The notes under the pieces are model-generated. The model was not told the DNA's origin. It saw only the letters and a program-made list of their open reading frames with translations, and made no database searches. From positions 1-64,000 of the forward strand of contig CAUYUJ010000080.1 in NCBI GenBank assembly GCA_963575745.1: a stretch of 64,000 nt of DNA. The letters run 5' to 3'. This DNA is from Prorocentrum cordatum (Eukaryota). Positions 61,901 through 64,000 of the stretch are shown here, piece by piece. Positions within the stretch are counted from its first letter, which is position 1. Each line of letters opens with the position of its first letter. The translations under genes were made by a program, and so were the position numbers.

Positions 61901-64000
61901 CACTATCTATCGAAATTCTGCAACCACCGCCTGCCGATGTCTCCGCAGATCGATCCCCTCAGTCGGCGGCCACGGCCGAACAGATCCCCGCCTCGGACCG
62001 CGGGCTCTCCACCCCCGTGGAGACCCCGCGACGCGGGTGGCACGCCCTCTGCTTCCGAGGCCGGCTGTGTTCGCGCTTCGCGATGCGCGAAGTGCGACGA
62101 ATCCTTCAACGCTCTCGCGCTGCCCCCCTGGGGGCGCAGAGGAGGATGAGGGAGGATGAAGGGGGAGGAATCGCGAACCGCGAATGCCTTCGAGCCCCCG
62201 TGGCGTGCCCTCTGCTTCTGCTCGAGACTCGGCGCCGCACGAGAGGCCGCTGCTTGGCCAACTGGCGACGCTCCGAGGAGGCGTGCGCCTCGGGGGGGGG
62301 GCCGCCTCCACTGCCCGAGAAGTCCGGGGAGGGGCCCGATGCAGGAATCGGCTGCCATTAGCTCCGATGCGGACTGTGGCGCTGCTGCGTCACGGTGCGC
62401 CCTCGCCATGGCGAGTGTCTGAGCGGTGGCCGGCCCTCCCTCCCTGTATGCCCTCCTCCCTCCTCTGTGGCCTCCTGCCTCCCCCCTCCTCCTCTCCCTC
62501 CTCGCGTCTGGCAAACCGAGGGGAGGAGCAAGAATCTGCGCGCCAACAGGCTGAGATGGCACTCCCTGCACGGCGAGTGCAGCGAAGGCGCCTACGCGTC
62601 GCAGGAGGGAGCAGAAACTCAGCTACCAATAATGCAACGATATAGATATCCGCCACCATTCCGTAGGCACCGAGTGGAGTGTCGCCAGGTCCCCGTCCTC
62701 CAAAATTGATAATGCAAATGCTTCCTCTGTAAATGACGGAGCCACAGGGATCCCGGAATTCTCGGGCGCAAATGTGCGCGCCTGGGGCTTGTAGCGCTGC
62801 TTCTCCCAAGGCCTCAGGAGCATTGCTGGGATTCCGGACTTCCCACGTGTCCCAAGATGGCCCCGGGGGGTCGTCCTGTGGCTCTTTCGGGGGCATCCTG
62901 TGCCGTCTGTGAGGCCCTGGGGGTCGGCCCAAGCCAAAATCAGTGTAACGCAATTGGACATTGTATGCTATCAGTTTGCTCCGCCTTTCGATCTTTAGCT
63001 ACAAGCGTCCATGGCGGCCCAACAGGCCCCAAAGATCCCACCAAAACGGCCCCCAGGGCCCCCGAGAGATGCTCAATAGGCCACGCCACCGCTGCGTCGC
63101 TTTGAAACCACTCCTCCAAGAACGCTCCGAGACCCCAATAGGCCTCCACGAGGCAGCTGACCAGCCCCAGAGAGGCCCCGGAGGTCTCCAAGAGGCCCCC
63201 CAGTAACCTTCAAGAGGCTGCGAGGCAGCCAAGCGATCTCCCGGGAAACCCCAAGAGGCATCACAGAGGCCATTTGTCCACGACCCAGGCATGGTGGCGG
63301 GACGGGCGGAAGGCCACTAGATAGAAAGGACATGGGAGCCCAGAACGACCCCCGATCCCCTTCGATCGGACCTGTCGGACGTCATCGCCCAATGCGTAGA
63401 CCATGACGCTGGGATCACCCCCCTTCCATCGGAGAACCCAGGATTCGCACGACAAGGCTCTGGAGAACCACGCCACACACTTGCAAACGCTTGCCTGGAA
63501 TGCCCGAACCGAACATGCGGAGGCTGGAAATCCTCCCCATTGCTCCCGTCCCCCGCCCTGCTTCCAGTACCACCTTCTCTCCAATGGTCCTATCGAAGAG
63601 ACTACGAAGCGTCGGTTTGGGCTCCTGCGGAAACACACGCCGTCAATCACTGATGATCCCGTCTAGCCTCGGCCGGAAGTCATGGATGAGGGAGAACAAG
63701 AAACAAGAGGAACAGCATGCAATTGTCCGCGGCCGTCCTCCCCCGCCTCCCCCTGCTTCCCCCCCTAAACAAAACGACCCGATGCTCCTTGGCACCCGCC
63801 GATCGGGACGGGAGAGGAGGCAAGACAGGAGAGGCGGGAAAAGCGGAGGGTGAAGAGACAAGGGTTTGGGTGACCCAACCTGAAAGGGAGTGGGGCATTG
63901 TAAGTGTATTGCGCCGGAGAACTGTATCGCATTGTATTGCAAGTAATGTCTTGCACACGAAAATACAGCAAATACATTTGCGCCCCGAACTGTATCGCAC

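Noticed and set aside
63403..63666. LAWNAR as the start of an APE endonuclease
   Set aside because: No downstream QE, GDFN or SDH motifs found.
53900..63900. Further genes in the right-hand 10 kb
   Set aside because: Several non-repetitive patches exist (54240-54720, 57560-58750, 62000-62760), but I could not assemble phase-consistent exons or recognise a family.

Overview
This is eukaryotic, GC-rich and heavily repetitive genomic DNA. The splice signals (GC/GA donors, tiny exons, multi-kb introns) point to a dinoflagellate, Prorocentrum-like, which is an inference. Almost every ORF in the supplied track is a spurious translation of microsatellites or GC-rich repeats. The one well-supported gene is missed by the track: a minus-strand CNOT11 (CCR4-NOT subunit 11) homolog. 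I assembled it by hand from 7 phase-compatible exons of 29-111 nt spread over about 28 kb (49793 to ~22100), reading MLSPQELDTLMHLLK|EASKPFESIAQSFYRSFPK|ADQFKVGCVICMLLQ|DQLLTRAQRLVGFYLLYDIYR|NENLPTTPFV|PIVLETVEQTEDVVERKFLLQFLTSPPKELPKQSVKD|FMASFDPSEIHTIPDLDAFR. All six confirmed donors are GC or GA and none is GT. The conserved C-terminal half was not found in the window. Upstream lies a decayed non-LTR retrotransposon (RT, Zn-knuckle, RNase H). Introns and flanks contain a 3.4-kb element with ~500-bp modular TIRs and an exact 8-bp TSD that carries a 10x101-bp structured array. They also contain two large foldback palindromes, at least five small MITE-like families, a 32-bp repeat/spacer-like array, a ~97-bp satellite, a kb-scale tandem triplication and long microsatellites. 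No CRISPR, rRNA or tRNA could be supported.
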